A program made the translations under genes and the position numbers. A stretch of 58,984 nucleotides of DNA from Octopus bimaculoides (taxonomy: Eukaryota): NCBI RefSeq assembly GCF_001194135.2, contig NC_069004.1, positions 24,675,047 through 24,734,030 of the forward strand, given 5' to 3'. Positions within the stretch are counted from its first letter, which is position 1. Every line of letters begins with the position of its first letter. This document shows, in pieces, positions 13,068 to 27,110 of this stretch. The notes below the pieces were generated by a model, which ran no database searches, was not told the origin of the DNA, and worked only from the letters and a program-made list of their open reading frames with translations.

Positions 13068-13814
13068 NNNNNNNNNNNNNNNNNNNNNNNNNNNNNNNNN
13101 NNNNNNNNNNNNNNNNNNNNNNNNNNNNNNNNNNNNNNNNNNNNNNNNNNNNNNNNNNNNNNNNNNNNNNNNNNNNNNNNNNNNNNNNNNNNNNNNNNNN
13201 NNNNNNNNNNNNNNNNNNNNNNNNNNNNNNNNNNNNNNNNNNNNNNNNNNNNNNNNNNNNNNNNNNNNNNNNNNNNNNNNNNNNNNNNNNNNNNNNNNNN
13301 NNNNNNNNNNNNNNNNNNNNNNNNNNNNNNNNNNNNNNNNNNNNNNNNNNNNNNNNNNNNNNNNNNNNNNNNNNNNNNNNNNNNNNNNNNNNNNNNNNNN
13401 NNNNNNNNNNNNNNNNNNNNNNNNNNNNNNNNNNNNNNNNNNNNNNNNNNNNNNNNNNNNNNNNNNNNNNNNNNNNNNNNNNNNNNNNNNNNNNNNNNNN
13501 NNNNNNNNNNNNNNNNNNNNNNNNNNNNNNNNNNNNNNNNNNNNNNNNNNNNNNNNNNNNNNNNNNNNNNNNNNNNNNNNNNNNNNNNNNNNNNNNNNNN
13601 NNNNNNNNNNNNNNNNNNNNNNNNNNNNNNNNNNNNNNNNNNNNNNNNNNNNNNNCATACACACACGCGCACATCGTTCCATAAAGTTGAGTGATCAGAA
13701 AACTGTAAGGTTGTGTACTGGAATTACGAGCCTTTCAGTTAAAATGCGTAAAAGAATAGCTTACGCTTTTGTATTGAATTCTGTAACTTTTCACATCTTG
13801 GTGGATCAACAGAA

Positions 13815-13864
<50 letters not shown>

Positions 13865-14291
13865 TTGTATATATATATTTATATATCATGTATACGTATA
13901 TGTATGTGTATATGCATATACATGCATACATGTACGTATATATGAAGACATATAGAAATGTATATGTACAGACATATGTGTGTGTGTGTGTGTGTAGGTA
14001 TGTATATATTTATATATATATATATTATATTACATTATATTATATTATACGTATGTAAATGTATATATATATATATATAATTTTGCTTAAAAGAGTTCCA
14101 ACACTGTCTGTTTTTTATGTTTTATTTATATTCCTGCAGAACTAATGTGGGGTATAGAATATGGAATATACAATATATAATATAATATACAATATATAAT
14201 ATAAAATAAAATAAAAATGGATGGCACCATGAAATAAAGTATTGAATGTAGATGAAATATTGAGTGTTCAATATAAAGGATCAAATATATA

Positions 14292-14322
<31 letters not shown>

Positions 14323-15245
14323 NNNNNNNNNNNNNNNNNNNNNNNNNNNNNNNNNNNNNNNNNNNNNNNNNNNNNNNNNNNNNNNNNNNNNNNNNNNNNN
14401 NNNNNNNNNNNNNNNNNNNNNNNNNNNNNNNNNNNNNNNNNNNNNNNNNNNNNNNNNNNNNNNNNNNNNNNNNNNNNNNNNNNNNNNNNNNNNNNNNNNN
14501 NNNNNNNNNNNNNNNNNNNNNNNNNNNNNNNNNNNNNNNNNNNNNNNNNNNNNNNNNNNNNNNNNNNNNNNNNNNNNNNNNNNNNNNNNNNNNNNNNNNN
14601 NNNNNNNNNNNNNNNNNNNNNNNNNNNNNNNNNNNNNNNNNNNNNNNNNNNNNNNNNNNNNNNNNNNNNNNNNNNNNNNNNNNNNNNNNNNNNNNNNNNN
14701 NNNNNNNNNNNNNNNNNNNNNNNNNNNNNNNNNNNNNNNNNNNNNNNNNNNNNNNNNNNNNNNNNNNNNNNNNNNNNNNNNNNNNNNNNNNNNNNNNNNN
14801 NNNNNNNNNNNNNNNNNNNNNNNNNNNNNNNNNNNNNNNNNNNNNNNNNNNNNNNNNNNNNNNNNNNNNNNNNNNNNNNNNNNNNNNNNNNNNNNNNNNN
14901 NNNNNNNNNNNNNNNNNNNNNNNNNNNNNNNNNNNNNNNNNNNNNNNNNNNNNNNNNNNNNNNNNNNNNNNNNNNNNNNNNNNNNNNNNNNNNNNNNNNN
15001 NNNNNNNNNNNNNNNNNNNNNNNNNNNNNNNNNNNNNNNNNNNNNNNNNNNNNNNNNNNNNNNNNNNNNNNNNNNNNNNNNNNNNNNNNNNNNNNNNNNN
15101 NNNNNNNNNNNNNNNNNNNNNNNNNNNNNNNNNNNNNNNNNNNNNNNNNNNNNNNNNNNNNNNNNNNNNNNNNNNNNNNNNNNNNNNNNNNNNNNNNNNN
15201 NNNNNNNNNNNNNNNNNNNNNNNNNNNNNNNNNNNNNNNNNNNNN

Positions 15246-15322
<77 letters not shown>

Positions 15323-16929
15323 ATACGTATAATATTCTAGGAATCAACATTGCATTAAACCGCGATGGAATTGTATGTTCTATAAAAGTCTAATGCAATA
15401 CTGCTTTTAACCACGTAAACATACAAGACGCCTCCGTTATTATTCGACCTCTTTGCGGTGTACTTTTACCATGAGTCGTCTACTATAGTCTCGCGTCGAA
15501 TAGCACCTTTATGATTGGAATCTGTGTGTATGCGTGTACGTATGTATGTATGTATGTATGTATGTATGTATGTATGTCTGTGTGTATGTATGTATGTATG
15601 CGTCTATGTATATATATATTATATATGAATGTTCTGCGGTATATACGTATGTTTTCTTCCTTTGGCTTTTAAATCTAGTTAGAAACTCGCCGTAACTTAG
15701 CAGTTCGGTAAAACTGACCGATAGATTTAGTATCAGGCTTAAAAATAAAACATTATATATATATATATNNNNNNNNNNNNNNNNNNNNNNNNNNNNNNNN
15801 NNNNNNNNNNNNNNNNNNNNNNNNNNNNNNNNNNNNNNNNNNNNNNNNNNNNNNNNNNNNNNNNNNNNNNNNNNNNNNNNNNNNNNNNNNNNNNNNNNNN
15901 NNNNNNNNNNNNNNNNNNNNNNNNNNNNNNNNNNNNNNNNNNNNNNNNNNNNNNNNNNNNNNNNNNNNNNNNNNNNNNNNNNNNNNNNNNNNNNNNNNNN
16001 NNNNNNNNNNNNNNNNNNNNNNNNNNNNNNNNNNNNNNNNNNNNNNNNNNNNNNNNNNNNNNNNNNNNNNNNNNNNNNNNNNNNNNNNNNNNNNNNNNNN
16101 NNNNNNNNNNNNNNNNNNNNNNNNNNNNNNNNNNNNNNNNNNNNNNNNNNNNNNNNNNNNNNNNNNNNNNNNNNNNNNNNNNNNNNNNNNNNNNNNNNNN
16201 NNNNNNNNNNNNNNNNNNNNNNNNNNNNNNNNNNNNNNNNNNNNNNNNNNNNNNNNNNNNNNNNNNNNNNNNNNNNNNNNNNNNNNNNNNNNNNNNNNNN
16301 NNNNNNNNNNNNNNNNNNNNNNNNNNNNNNNNNNNNNNNNNNNNNNNNNNNNNNNNNNNNNNNNNNNNNNNNNNNNNNNNNNNNNNNNNNNNNNNNNNNN
16401 NNNNNNNNNNNNNNNNNNNNNNNNNNNNNNNNNNNNNNNNNNNNNNNNNNNNNNNNNNNNNNNNNNNNNNNNNNNNNNNNNNNNNNNNNNNNNNNNNNNN
16501 NNNNNNNNNNNNNNNNNNNNNNNNNNNNNNNNNNNNNNNNNNNNNNNNNNNNNNNNNNNNNNNNNNNNNNNNNNNNNNNNNNNNNNNNNNNNNNNNNNNN
16601 NNNNNNNNNNNNNNACGCACGAACGATGTCATAAATAAGAGTAACACGGGTAGTTGTTGTTGACAAACAGCGGGACTAATTTTATTCAAGGGAAAAGATC
16701 CCATGACACCGTTACGGCATTAATTGTTTTCACCTCAATAGACATCAGTGATTGGTTGAAATTACCGAAATACGACAATTTTTTACATAAAATAACTTCG
16801 AATACAAAATTTTTTATCTGTTCTATACCACAAAATATACAAATATTCGAAGTTTGAAAGTGTTTCGGTACCAAAAACACTACAAAAAAAAAATGTTGCC
16901 CGTCAAACCCCAAAGATCCAAACAATAAT

Positions 16930-17510
16930 AACTGAATACTCATCGTCGAAAGTGGTGGAAGATCTGATAGTATTAACGAACCTGATGGAGGCCGTGTCTG
17001 TGTTTCACCAAAGAAAAGCAAGGTTCTTTGCAGAGGATTTCATTCCAAAGTGGACAAGTACAGAAAGTCGTAAGTAAAGACCACTCCTAACATTTAATTC
17101 CACCAGTTTTTCTCTCATCAAAAGCTATCATCAAATGGACGGTGGAAGTGATTAAGCTTCTGAAATGCGGACTAATGAAACCGGGGAGAGAAAGATGAAA
17201 CAGCAGTGTATGTTGTGTGATCAAGGAAAATCCTCACATCATTTAATCATTAACGTCGTCTTCGTCGTTTCTGTCGTTGCCGTCATCGTCGTCATCGTCG
17301 TCGTCGTCGTCGTTGTCGTCGTCGTCATCATTATCATCATCACGCCCCACCCCCACCACAACCAACAACAAAACCACCACCAACCCCAACCNNNNNNNNN
17401 NNNNNNNNNNNNNNNNNNNNNNNNNNNNNNNNNNNNNNNNNNNNNNNNNNNNNNNNNNNNNNNNNNNNNNNNNCCACCACCACCACCACCACCACCACTA
17501 GAGAGAGAAA

Positions 17511-17572
<62 letters not shown>

Positions 17573-18760
17573 TAAAGAGAGAGGAGAATTGGAGGAACTG
17601 ATCTCTCAAGCTTGCATGAGGTTACAGCAGGTAAAGTCTACATCCGTAGAGCGAAAGAGAGAAGAGGTCATTAGAAGGTAAAGTTCCCCTTCGCATTTGA
17701 CTGTCCCCTTATTTCCTTCGGGAAAGCACCGAAGAGTCTCAGAGGTTCTGGTGATCAACTTAGAGTAAGCTTACCACAGTGGACAAATTAACCATACTTA
17801 GTACGTTTAAGGCCTGGCTACATCAACATGGCATCTACCCGCGGACTCTGTAGCTCCTCTTGGTTAAAGTGGTCCTGATATCCATAGTTGATGGTTTTGA
17901 GGGAGAGGCCATCTGGCTTCTACGGAAGTAGATAGGACCACCTCAGAGCTTCAGCAATTTTACTCTGAATGATTAGAACAACAATTTGGAGAATCCCACA
18001 GCAGTCTAAAGGAAGAGTTTATGGTGAATCGTACAAAGAAAATACTGCTATGTCGAAATTACTGTAAGCCAGATTTGTCAGACATGGACTCGATTCAGAA
18101 CAGGGCAGAAGTGTAGGGGTATAAAAAGCAGTAGATGTCTGAGGGAAGGAGCCGCTGGCTTTCATTATAAACCTAAAAGCAGAGTTATTCAACTGCTTTG
18201 CAAAAGCCTGGAGTGAAGCACGGTACAGTAACCATCATGGCCATGCCTTAAAAGTTATAGTGGATGACATCTGCAATGAAATTAGCTATGATAAGCTCCT
18301 TTAACAACAAAGAAGGCCATCACTTTTGGCGATGTAACGAATGCTAATTTCTAGAGCAACCTTTCTTTTACTACAACCCTAGGAGCTGATAGTTGAACTG
18401 GGAAAGTAATTGGAATTGCCAGAAATTGTCACCGCAATGAAACTAAGACCAGATATCATCCTGATCTGCGGAATTTCTAAGAACGTTATTCCATTAGAAC
18501 TCCCCGTTCTGTAGAAGGACCGTACTGAGGAAGCCAACGAGAGGAAGAGAGTAAAGTATCCTGAGCTGGAGTGAGAACGGTGAAGTAACAGATGGCGAGC
18601 AAGGTGCAAGCCTGTTGATGCGAAATGTAGAGTATTCGCTGGTTGCTCTCTCAGTTCAAGCTACAATACACTTGGGGTTTACTACGTCTGGTAGAGCGAG
18701 GAGGCAACAAGTTAGTGAGGTAAATGCTGCTTCAAAGCAGATGAGTAAAGGGAAAACCAC
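16930..18760 (+). mobile_element. Decayed HERO-like (R2 group, RLE) LINE interrupted by microsatellites
   Basis: PKKSKVL..KVDKYR, SSLKEEFMVNR and RYSNHHGHALKVI, then the RLE block LIVELGK*LELPEIVTAMKLRPDIILI..LELPVL*KDRTEEANERKRVKYPEL..WRARCKPVDAKCRVFAG. Confidence 0.75.
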
Positions 18761-19669
18761 AGAAAATGTGGTGTTATGTGGTGTTTATGTTACCTGGACA
18801 TAAGTTGGCTTGATCAAATCCAGTTGGGTCACCTGAGTAAGACTGCCTGATTATCGAAAAACGTACAACATTGAGTGGCCCAGGTAACACCGTTGATTAT
18901 GTGACCAGGTGCATCACAAGAAGATTTATGTAAAAACTGTGTGTGCTGATGTGTATGTATGTATATGTTGCTGTGTGTGTACGCGTATATGTGTATACAT
19001 TAATGGTTCTTGATTTGTATTTGTATTATATATTTGTCTTCGTTAAATAATTAAATATTTCCTTTATTTGATGCCAATGCAACAAATATAAAAATACTCA
19101 TCTGTTTATTTAACGAATTGTATTAAATGAATGTATATATTTACTCAGTATCACAAACTCCCTTTCTCTTTGTCTCTCTCTTCGTCGCCATTCCTTGGCG
19201 TGTGACCGTCAAATAATTTCACATCCTCTTTGTTATTTCAGGTGTTTCCGGTTTACTCTGCTACTTAACAAAACCCAGTGACAGAATTTCTCAACCTCAA
19301 CATTAAGGTTAAAACCGACGTTGTTTTTCACTGGTTTCTATAGCGAATAAGTAATTGTGCGAGGTTGTTGTTGTTGCTGTAAATATTGTTATTTCAAAAT
19401 ATGAGATTTTTGTGAGTAACTGTTGTAAATATTTTTATTACAAAATAAAACATTTCCGCCATCTTTATTTCACAGATTTTTATTACCCGTTGTTTTTTCG
19501 CAAATATTTCTGTATTCTTCAACTGATTTCAATCATTCGACTGTGGCCATGCTGGTGCACCGACTTCAACTGCTTTAATCGATCAAATTCACACAAGTAT
19601 CTATTTCCTTTCCATCCTGGTAATTTTTTGATTGATTTGTATATGTTGGTGAATGCGCATAGTCTAGTG

Positions 19670-20045
19670 ATTATGATGTTGCACTCACGATCGCCAGATC
19701 ATAATTTCGATTTCCGTACAGGGTGGTACGTTGTACTCTTCAGCAAAACACTTCATTTTACATCGCTCCAGTCCACTCGGCTGTAAATGAGGAAGCCTGC
19801 GATACACTGGCATCCCGTTCGGAAAATGAGTTATGATCTCGGTTACCATCGAAACCAGGTAGGCGTCCATATGAGACCTGGGACTCGACACAGTAAGGGA
19901 CAGGGGACTTTACTAATTTTCCCCTATATAGACGCATGTGTGGCCGTGTGGTAAGGAGCTCGCTTCCCAACCATATGGTTCCGGGTTCAGTCTCATCATG
20001 TGGCACCTTGTACTATAACCTAGGGCTGGTAAACGGAACCTGAAA
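19670..20045 (+). mobile_element. SINE family D followed by a family A head fragment
   Basis: TTCAGCAAAACACTTCATTTTACATCGCTCCAGTCCACTCGGCTG, then GTGGCCGTGTGGTAAGGAGCTCGCTTCCCAACCA at about 19940. Confidence 0.6.
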
Positions 20046-20232
20046 GAATCCCATCGTAACTACAAGTCACAGCAACGCAACCACACGTGGTGCGTTGGTG
20101 ATTTCTTCCTCTCCTCCTTGCTCCTTTCCCACGATGAGCTATGCTCGAAATGTTAAAAACTCTCGTCCTCACGTTCGTTATTTTCTTCTTTTCGTTTTTT
20201 AACCGTTTATTTGAATTGTTTGTTTATTTGAC

Positions 20233-20347
<115 letters not shown>

Positions 20348-20764
20348 GTGTGTGTGTGTATAACGGTTTTTTCAAATAAGTTACGTAGCAATCTTCTCTA
20401 CCTACAGTTATCACATTCGGTTAAAATGTCTTACGGTTAAGCTGGTTCCTATGTATTTCTCTGAAGAGAAGATTACATCTTTATCAACATCACTTATTCC
20501 TTTGGAAGGAACCATTTGTAATCTTCGAAACATTTGTTGGAAATAAAAGAATTCATTTAAGATATGCGTATTACTCCAAATATCAATTTTTTATATTTAC
20601 TCAATTACCCAAAATAACGGAGTTTCTACCTCATAAACAGGAGTTACACCACAGTCATTTTGTGATCTTTGCTACCCTGGTATCTATTAACCAATTTATT
20701 TTGTCGGAGTTAATTTTTAACTAAGAGAAAATAAATACATATAATAAAATATATATATATATAT

Positions 20765-21095
20765 TCTTTTATTCTTTTACTTCTTTCAGTCATTTGACTG
20801 CGGCCAAGCTGGAACACCGCTTTTAGTCGAACAAGACCCCTAGCTTAGTACTTATCCTATCGGTCCTTTTCGCTGAACCGCTAAGTTACGGGGACGTGAA
20901 CACACCGATGCCGGTTGTCAAGCGGTGATGGGGGACGAACACAGACACATAGGCACACACACACACACACACATAGTTGGCCCGAAACTATGGCAGAAGA
21001 CATTTGCCCAAGGTGCCACACAGTGGGACTGAAAGCGGAACCATGAACCATGTGGTTGGGATGCAAGCTTCTTACCACACAGCCACTCCTGCGCC
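20765..21095 (-). mobile_element. SINE family A, near full length
   Basis: Tail CTTTTACTTCTTTCAGTCATTTGACTGCGGCC through head TCTTACCACACAGCCACTCCT. Confidence 0.85.
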
Positions 21096-21712
21096 TAAAT
21101 ATATGTGTATGTGTGTGTTCGTCTCCCACCACCGCACATCATGTTTTTTTATTATTTTTTTATGTGTTTCAGTCGCTAAACAAATGTCATGATTTAAGTA
21201 TCTTCAATAAATAAAAAGCATCAAACAAGAACAACTTCCACTATTTCCAATCTAACCGCTTTCAAATGTCATGTTGATGACAGAAATATCCATCAAACCT
21301 TTAGATGTTAATAAACAACACATTGCTGCAGTCCTCGACATCACACAAGTGTCTCATATTTGTGGAAGTCTTTGTATTTATCTGCAGATATATCTACACT
21401 GTGCTTGATTTAGTGTGACTATTAATGCGAACCATACAAGACATGTTTTATTGAATCTTTAATTATTTCTTATGAAAAGTGATATTTTGAATGCACTCTT
21501 AATGATGCAATTGTGAGATTATACAATGTCACTTTTTGTCAAGCATAATCAGAGAACGGCAGAACTGAAGAAAGAACTTCATGCTGTGTATGTTCTTTGC
21601 AGAACTTTGCCAAGACTAACCTACATTTGCTTACTTTATAACTGTTGACAATTCTGAGAATGCTTTTCCTAGGATACAACTGGCTTGGATATATGTTTTG
21701 TATTTCAGAAAT

Positions 21713-22150
21713 ATGACCAGTTGTGAGAGAAGAAAATACAAAAACAGCCTCAGTGTCTTCTGCTATATTTGAGGATGTTACACTTTATGTAAGCAGCGAA
21801 ACAATATCACCGATTTTGTGAAGAAAGTTTACCTTCCTTACTTTGACATGAAAAAAAAATCTGGACGCCATATGTAGTGTCTAAGATAGGTGTTGGAACA
21901 CTGAAGCAGTGAACAAAGGTTCAAAGAAATCACCAAAGATTTGGCATTCCCACGGTGTCGAGGGAATCACGAAATCATCATGAGGCCTGCTACTTTTGCA
22001 TGATTGACATATCTGGTTTCAGTTCTCACCTTTTTTTTTATCCACATCTGGCATCTGCTAGTCGATCCCTGTCACACTCGGATGATTTTCCGCCACCAGA
22101 ATTCATGATTTTTGTTGAGAGTGATGATAAGAATGAGGAGACGGAGTTTT
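21713..22150 (+). mobile_element. Chapaev3-like (CMC) transposase N-terminal zinc-finger pseudogene fragment
   Basis: MTSCERRKYKNSLSVFCYI*GCYTL..RNNITDFVKKVYLPYF..FGIPTVSRESRNHHEACYFCMIDISGF..YPHLASASRSLSHSDD; in-frame stop and a deletion. Confidence 0.65.
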
Positions 22151-22301
22151 GATTTGTTCGGCCCAAGGTGGTAGTAGAAGACACTTGCTTAAGGTACTGA
22201 ACCCTGAACCATGTGGTTGAGAGCAAGCGTCTTACCACACACCCACACACATGAACACACACACACACACACACACACAGACACAGACACACACACACAC
22301 A

Positions 22302-22341
<40 letters not shown>

Positions 22342-22419
22342 TCTTTTCTACTCGCGGCACAAGGCTCGAACAAGGCCCAATGTCGACCCCAGCATGAGCA
22401 ATACTCATTACAAGAAATT

Positions 22420-22857
22420 GATGTTCTTTCCTATTCTAGACACAAGGCCCGAGATTTAGGGGGAGGGGGCCAGTCGATTTGATCGACCCCAGTACGCAAC
22501 TGGTATTTAATTTATCGACCCCAAAAGGATGAAAGGCAAAGTCGACCTCGGCGGAATTTAAACTCAGAACGTAAAGATAGACGAAATACTGTAAAGCATT
22601 TCGTCCAGCGGGCTAGCGTTTCTTACTTCTTTATTGCCCATAAGGGGCTACACATAGAGGGGACAAACAAGGACAGAAAAACGGATTGAGTCGATTACAT
22701 AGACCGCAGTGCGTAACTGGTGCTTAATTTATCGACCCCAAAAGGATGAGAGGCAAAGTTGACCTCGGCGGAATTTGAACTCAGAACGTAAAAACAGACG
22801 AAATGCCGCTAAGCATTTCGCCCGGCGTACTAACGTTTCTGCCAGCTCGCCGCCTTA
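22420..22857 (-). mobile_element. Two adjacent SINE family B copies with different 3-prime tails
   Basis: The central block is repeated at about 22500-22600 and 22720-22810; the tails differ. Confidence 0.85.
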
Positions 22858-23829
22858 CACACATATATATATTCTTAAACAGAGGTAGCTTGCATCTATT
22901 CAAAGCTCGAACCCTTCTTGTTAGGTGTACTTTTTCCGTGCCTGAGAGCTGTTTGAAATCTGCATTAGTGCAAATATTTCTCACCTCAAGTTGCACATTA
23001 TTGCTTGTCTTGTCTGATTTTATAATGTTTAAATTCTTTTTTATAACTCCATACTCTCTTGCACTCAGTAATCGCCCCTGGTAGCTGTCCTTCATTACAC
23101 GCAGAAAGGCCCCGGTGTCAACACTGCTCGTCCTTAACGCCTGAGATTGACGGAACAGGAATTTTGACCACTACTTCCTTCGAACTTCTGTGTCCTGGAG
23201 AATGGTTTGGAACAGGGAGATTGTTGCCGGAGAAAATGTGTCGAAACCGAGTGAGATTTCAAGGTACCACTGCATTAAAAAGTTGTAAACACTCACCTAT
23301 TGAGTTGTGCAGTAGGTTCGAACATAGAACCACATTGGTACGAAACGTATTACTTGACGACAGAGCTATTCTTCCTATATTGTATAATTTTATTTTCGTA
23401 CAGTGGATTTCGTTCTGTAGATTTTTCGAATTATTTCATCGATTGTGTTGGTTTGTAACATTGTGAAAATTTTAAAAGAAGTTCTGCCCCAGATATTTTT
23501 TTGCTTTTGGTTCTTCGTTTGAGTAAATATATCGAAATGATAGAGGATTATAGCGAGCAAGGACGGCCGGAGCAGGGGTTCAGAGTTATTTTGATATCAA
23601 AGCCATTTATTTATCGATTAAAATATAAAAGCAGAAACAAACAGAATTCGAGGAAATTAGGGGTTACATGAGATGGTAAAAACAACACATAACAAACAGA
23701 ATTAAACTGAATAAAATTCATAGAATATGCTAAGTTGGTTTTATTGTGTTGGGAGGTGGGTTTCGGGGGTTCCAGGTCGGCGTCATATCGTTGAATTCTG
23801 TTAGATGTATTTTGGCGCCACATGGCCGC

Positions 23830-24488
23830 CATCATATTTGACGGTGGTGGTGGTGGCAGCGGTGGTGGTGATGGTGGTGATGGTGGTGATGGCGGTGATG
23901 GTGATGATGATGGTGGTGGTGATGGTGATAGTGAGGATGTAAATGAGGATGTAGATGGTGGTAATAGTGGTGGTGGTGGTGGTGGTGGTGGTGGTGATGG
24001 TGGTGGTACAGACGATGGCGGTGATGATGGCTGTAGTACCAATAAACCTTATTCATACATCAAATCCCTTTATATCACAATCGATCTTTATTGTTCTTTT
24101 TCTTCTTCCACCACAATTTATTTCGATCGACTTTTTTTTGATATTTTAATTTATCCTAAATACAATTTTATTGTCTTATCTTTTAATTTACTTTTTCTTT
24201 TAACCTCAATATTGCATCGTGAGGTTGGTTGGTGGTGGTGGTAGTGGTGGTAGTGGTTGGCGGTGTTGGTGGTGCTAGCGGTCCTGGTTGTGGAAGTGGT
24301 GGTGGTGTTGCTGCTGGAGTTGAGGAAGAAAAAAACAATGATAGTTGGGAGGTGTCGATGGTGGTGGTGGTTGTGGTGGTGGTGGTTGTGGTGGTGGTGG
24401 TGGTTGTGGTGGTGGTGATGTTTATTTATAGTAGTATTGGTTGTAGTGGTAGCGATGTTGTTGGTAGTAATGATGATGATGATGGTGG

Positions 24489-24523
<35 letters not shown>

Positions 24524-24800
24524 TTGATGATGAAAATGATGATGACGGTCACGATGATGATGATGATGATGATGACGATGATGATATTGGCGACGATAAT
24601 GGTGATTGTGGGGGTTACTGTTGTGTTGGCAGTAACATCGATAGTCGTGGTAGTGATGTTGGTGGAATTAATAATGATGATGATGACGACGTGATGATGA
24701 CGACGATGGTGATGATGATGATGATTATCATTGCAAGTGGTGGCGGCGGTGGCAAAGAAGACGCCGGTGATGGTGGTTGTGGTGGCGGCATTGTTGGCAC
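23830..24800. repeat. (GGT)n/(GAT)n degenerate trinucleotide arrays
   Basis: Read directly; these generate the poly-G/D/V/H artefact ORFs. Confidence 0.9.
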
Positions 24801-25147
24801 TGGGTCAGGAATGGCGAAGGTTTGTTCTGTAGCGATTCCTTGTTTGCCCTTTATTCGGTTTGCCTGATCAATTTAAAGCAGGATTTACTGTCAAATATGT
24901 ATGTAAGTGCGTACGTTTATTCTCCTTGTGTGCATGTGTGTGTGTGTGTGTGTGTGTGCGTGTGTTTATGTGCGTGTGTGTGTGTGTGTCTGTGTGTGGG
25001 GGGTGTGGGTATGTGTTTCCCTGTGTGTCTGTGACTTTCTAATGAAACATCTAAGTCCATTGTCTGTGAGTGCATGTATAAGTTTACCTTCTGAAGTGTA
25101 CCATTGACACTTGGCACACACGTATGTGTGTGTGTGTATATATATAA

Positions 25148-25192
<45 letters not shown>

Positions 25193-26094
25193 CGTGTTTG
25201 TATGTGTGTGTGTTTGTATTAGTGTGTATATATATATATATATATAAATGTATATATGTATATGTGTGTGTGTGTATATATATGTCTATGTATATATGTG
25301 TATATATGCATATATATATGTGTATATGTATATATATGTGTGTGTATGTGTATATACATATGTGTGTGTATATATTTATATATATATATATATANNNNNN
25401 NNNNNNNNNNNNNNNNNNNNNNNNNNNNNNNNNNNNNNNNNNNNNNNNNNNNNNNNNNNNNNNNNNNNNNNNNNNNNNNNNNNNNNNNNNNNNNNNNNNN
25501 NNNNNNNNNNNNNNNNNNNNNNNNNNNNNNNNNNNNNNNNNNNNNNNNNNNNNNNNNNNNNNNNNNNNNNNNNNNNNNNNNNNNNNNNNNNNNNNNNNNN
25601 NNNNNNNNNNNNNNNNNNNNNNNNNNNNNNNNNNNNNNNNNNNNNNNNNNNNNNNNNNNNNNNNNNNNNNNNNNNNNNNNNNNNNNNNNNNNNNNNNNNN
25701 NNNNNNNNNNNNNNNNNNNNNNNNNNNNNNNNNNNNNNNNNNNNNNNNNNNNNNNNNNNNNNNNNNNNNNNNNNNNNNNNNNNNNNNNNNNNNNNNNNNN
25801 NNNNNNNNNNNNNNNNNNNNNNNNNNNNNNNNNNNNNNNNNNNNNNNNNNNNNNNNNNNNNNNNNNNNNNNNNNNNNNNNNNNNNNNNNNNNNNNNNNNN
25901 NNNNNNNNNNNNNNNNNNNNNNNNNNNNNNNNNNNNNNNNNNNNNNNNNNNNNNNNNNNNNNNNNNNNNNNNNNNNNNNNNNNNNNNNNNNNNNNNNNNN
26001 NNNNNNNNNNNNNNNNNNNNNNNNNNNNNNNNNNNNNNNNNNNNNNNNNNNNNNNNNNNNNNNNNNNNNNNNNNNNNNNNNNNNNNNNNNNNNN

Positions 26095-26139
<45 letters not shown>

Positions 26140-26174
26140 CACACACACACATATATATATATATATGTATATAC

Positions 26175-26221
<47 letters not shown>

Positions 26222-26875
26222 CACGCATACGTATTTACAAATATATACGTATATATGTGTAAGAATTTGCGCATGTATGTATATATGTGTGTGTATGTAT
26301 GTGTGCATATATGTATGTATTTCTGTATACATATATGCACATACACCCATTTATTGATATTTGTTCCTCCCCTCTTTGCCTGTGTATGTGAGTGCTGGCT
26401 GGAAATCTCTGCGAACACTGAGGACAATAACACTAACGTCACACAAGCCGAAACTATTTAAGCAGTGAACTCACCCCAGATCCAGCAACCTGCAATTCAG
26501 ATGTTGGCCGAGTGACATTGCAAGACATTGCTCACTTCTCATCGGTGGATGTTTGTTCCGTTGTAAAGAAATATCTATACACACACATATATATAAGCGA
26601 AAAGAAAAGAACACATATCTATCTATCTATATATATGTGTGTGTGTTTATAAATATATTTGTATATATTTAAATACATATTGGAAAGGTTACTGGTACAT
26701 GCACAACCAAATTAAGAAATATATGCAACGAAATTAATAGATATTCATAGAACATAGACAGAATCTAAACGAAGTTGTTTGTATGTACTAACGTGCATTC
26801 ATTTATTCAAATCTTTCTCTCTCTTTCTCTCTCTCTCTGTATCTATTTATTTGTTTATCTATCTATCGTTCCCTG

Positions 26876-26883
26876 TATATAAG
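26876..26883 (+). promoter_or_regulatory. Candidate TATA box of the chitin deacetylase gene
   Basis: TATATAAG matches TATAWAWR and is followed by about 225 nt of A/G-rich sequence with no ATG before 27111. Confidence 0.4.
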
Positions 26884-27110
26884 GCAAATATTGGTGTCCT
26901 GTGTAATACAACGAGATTAAGAAGAACGGAGAAAGAAAACAACGCTTTGTTGACGCGGAAAAGAAGAGATACTAAGAGAGATAGGATAAGAGAGAAATAA
27001 TTAGGTCTAAAAAAGGAGAGCAAGGAGAAAAGGAAGAAGAAATAGTAAACAAGAAGAAGAAGGAGACTCAAAAGCAAGAAGAACAACAAGAACGACTACG
27101 AAAAGAGAAT

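Noticed and set aside
12855-16704. Long ORFs in the track spanning N gaps (also at 25-26, 29, 38, 40, 43-44 and 52-55 kb)
   Set aside because: They are open only because Ns and TA/CA repeats contain no stops.
23611-24867. Gly/Asp/His/Val-rich ORFs resembling shell or beak matrix proteins
   Set aside because: They are degenerate GGT/GAT microsatellites open in several frames, with no signal peptide or exon boundaries.
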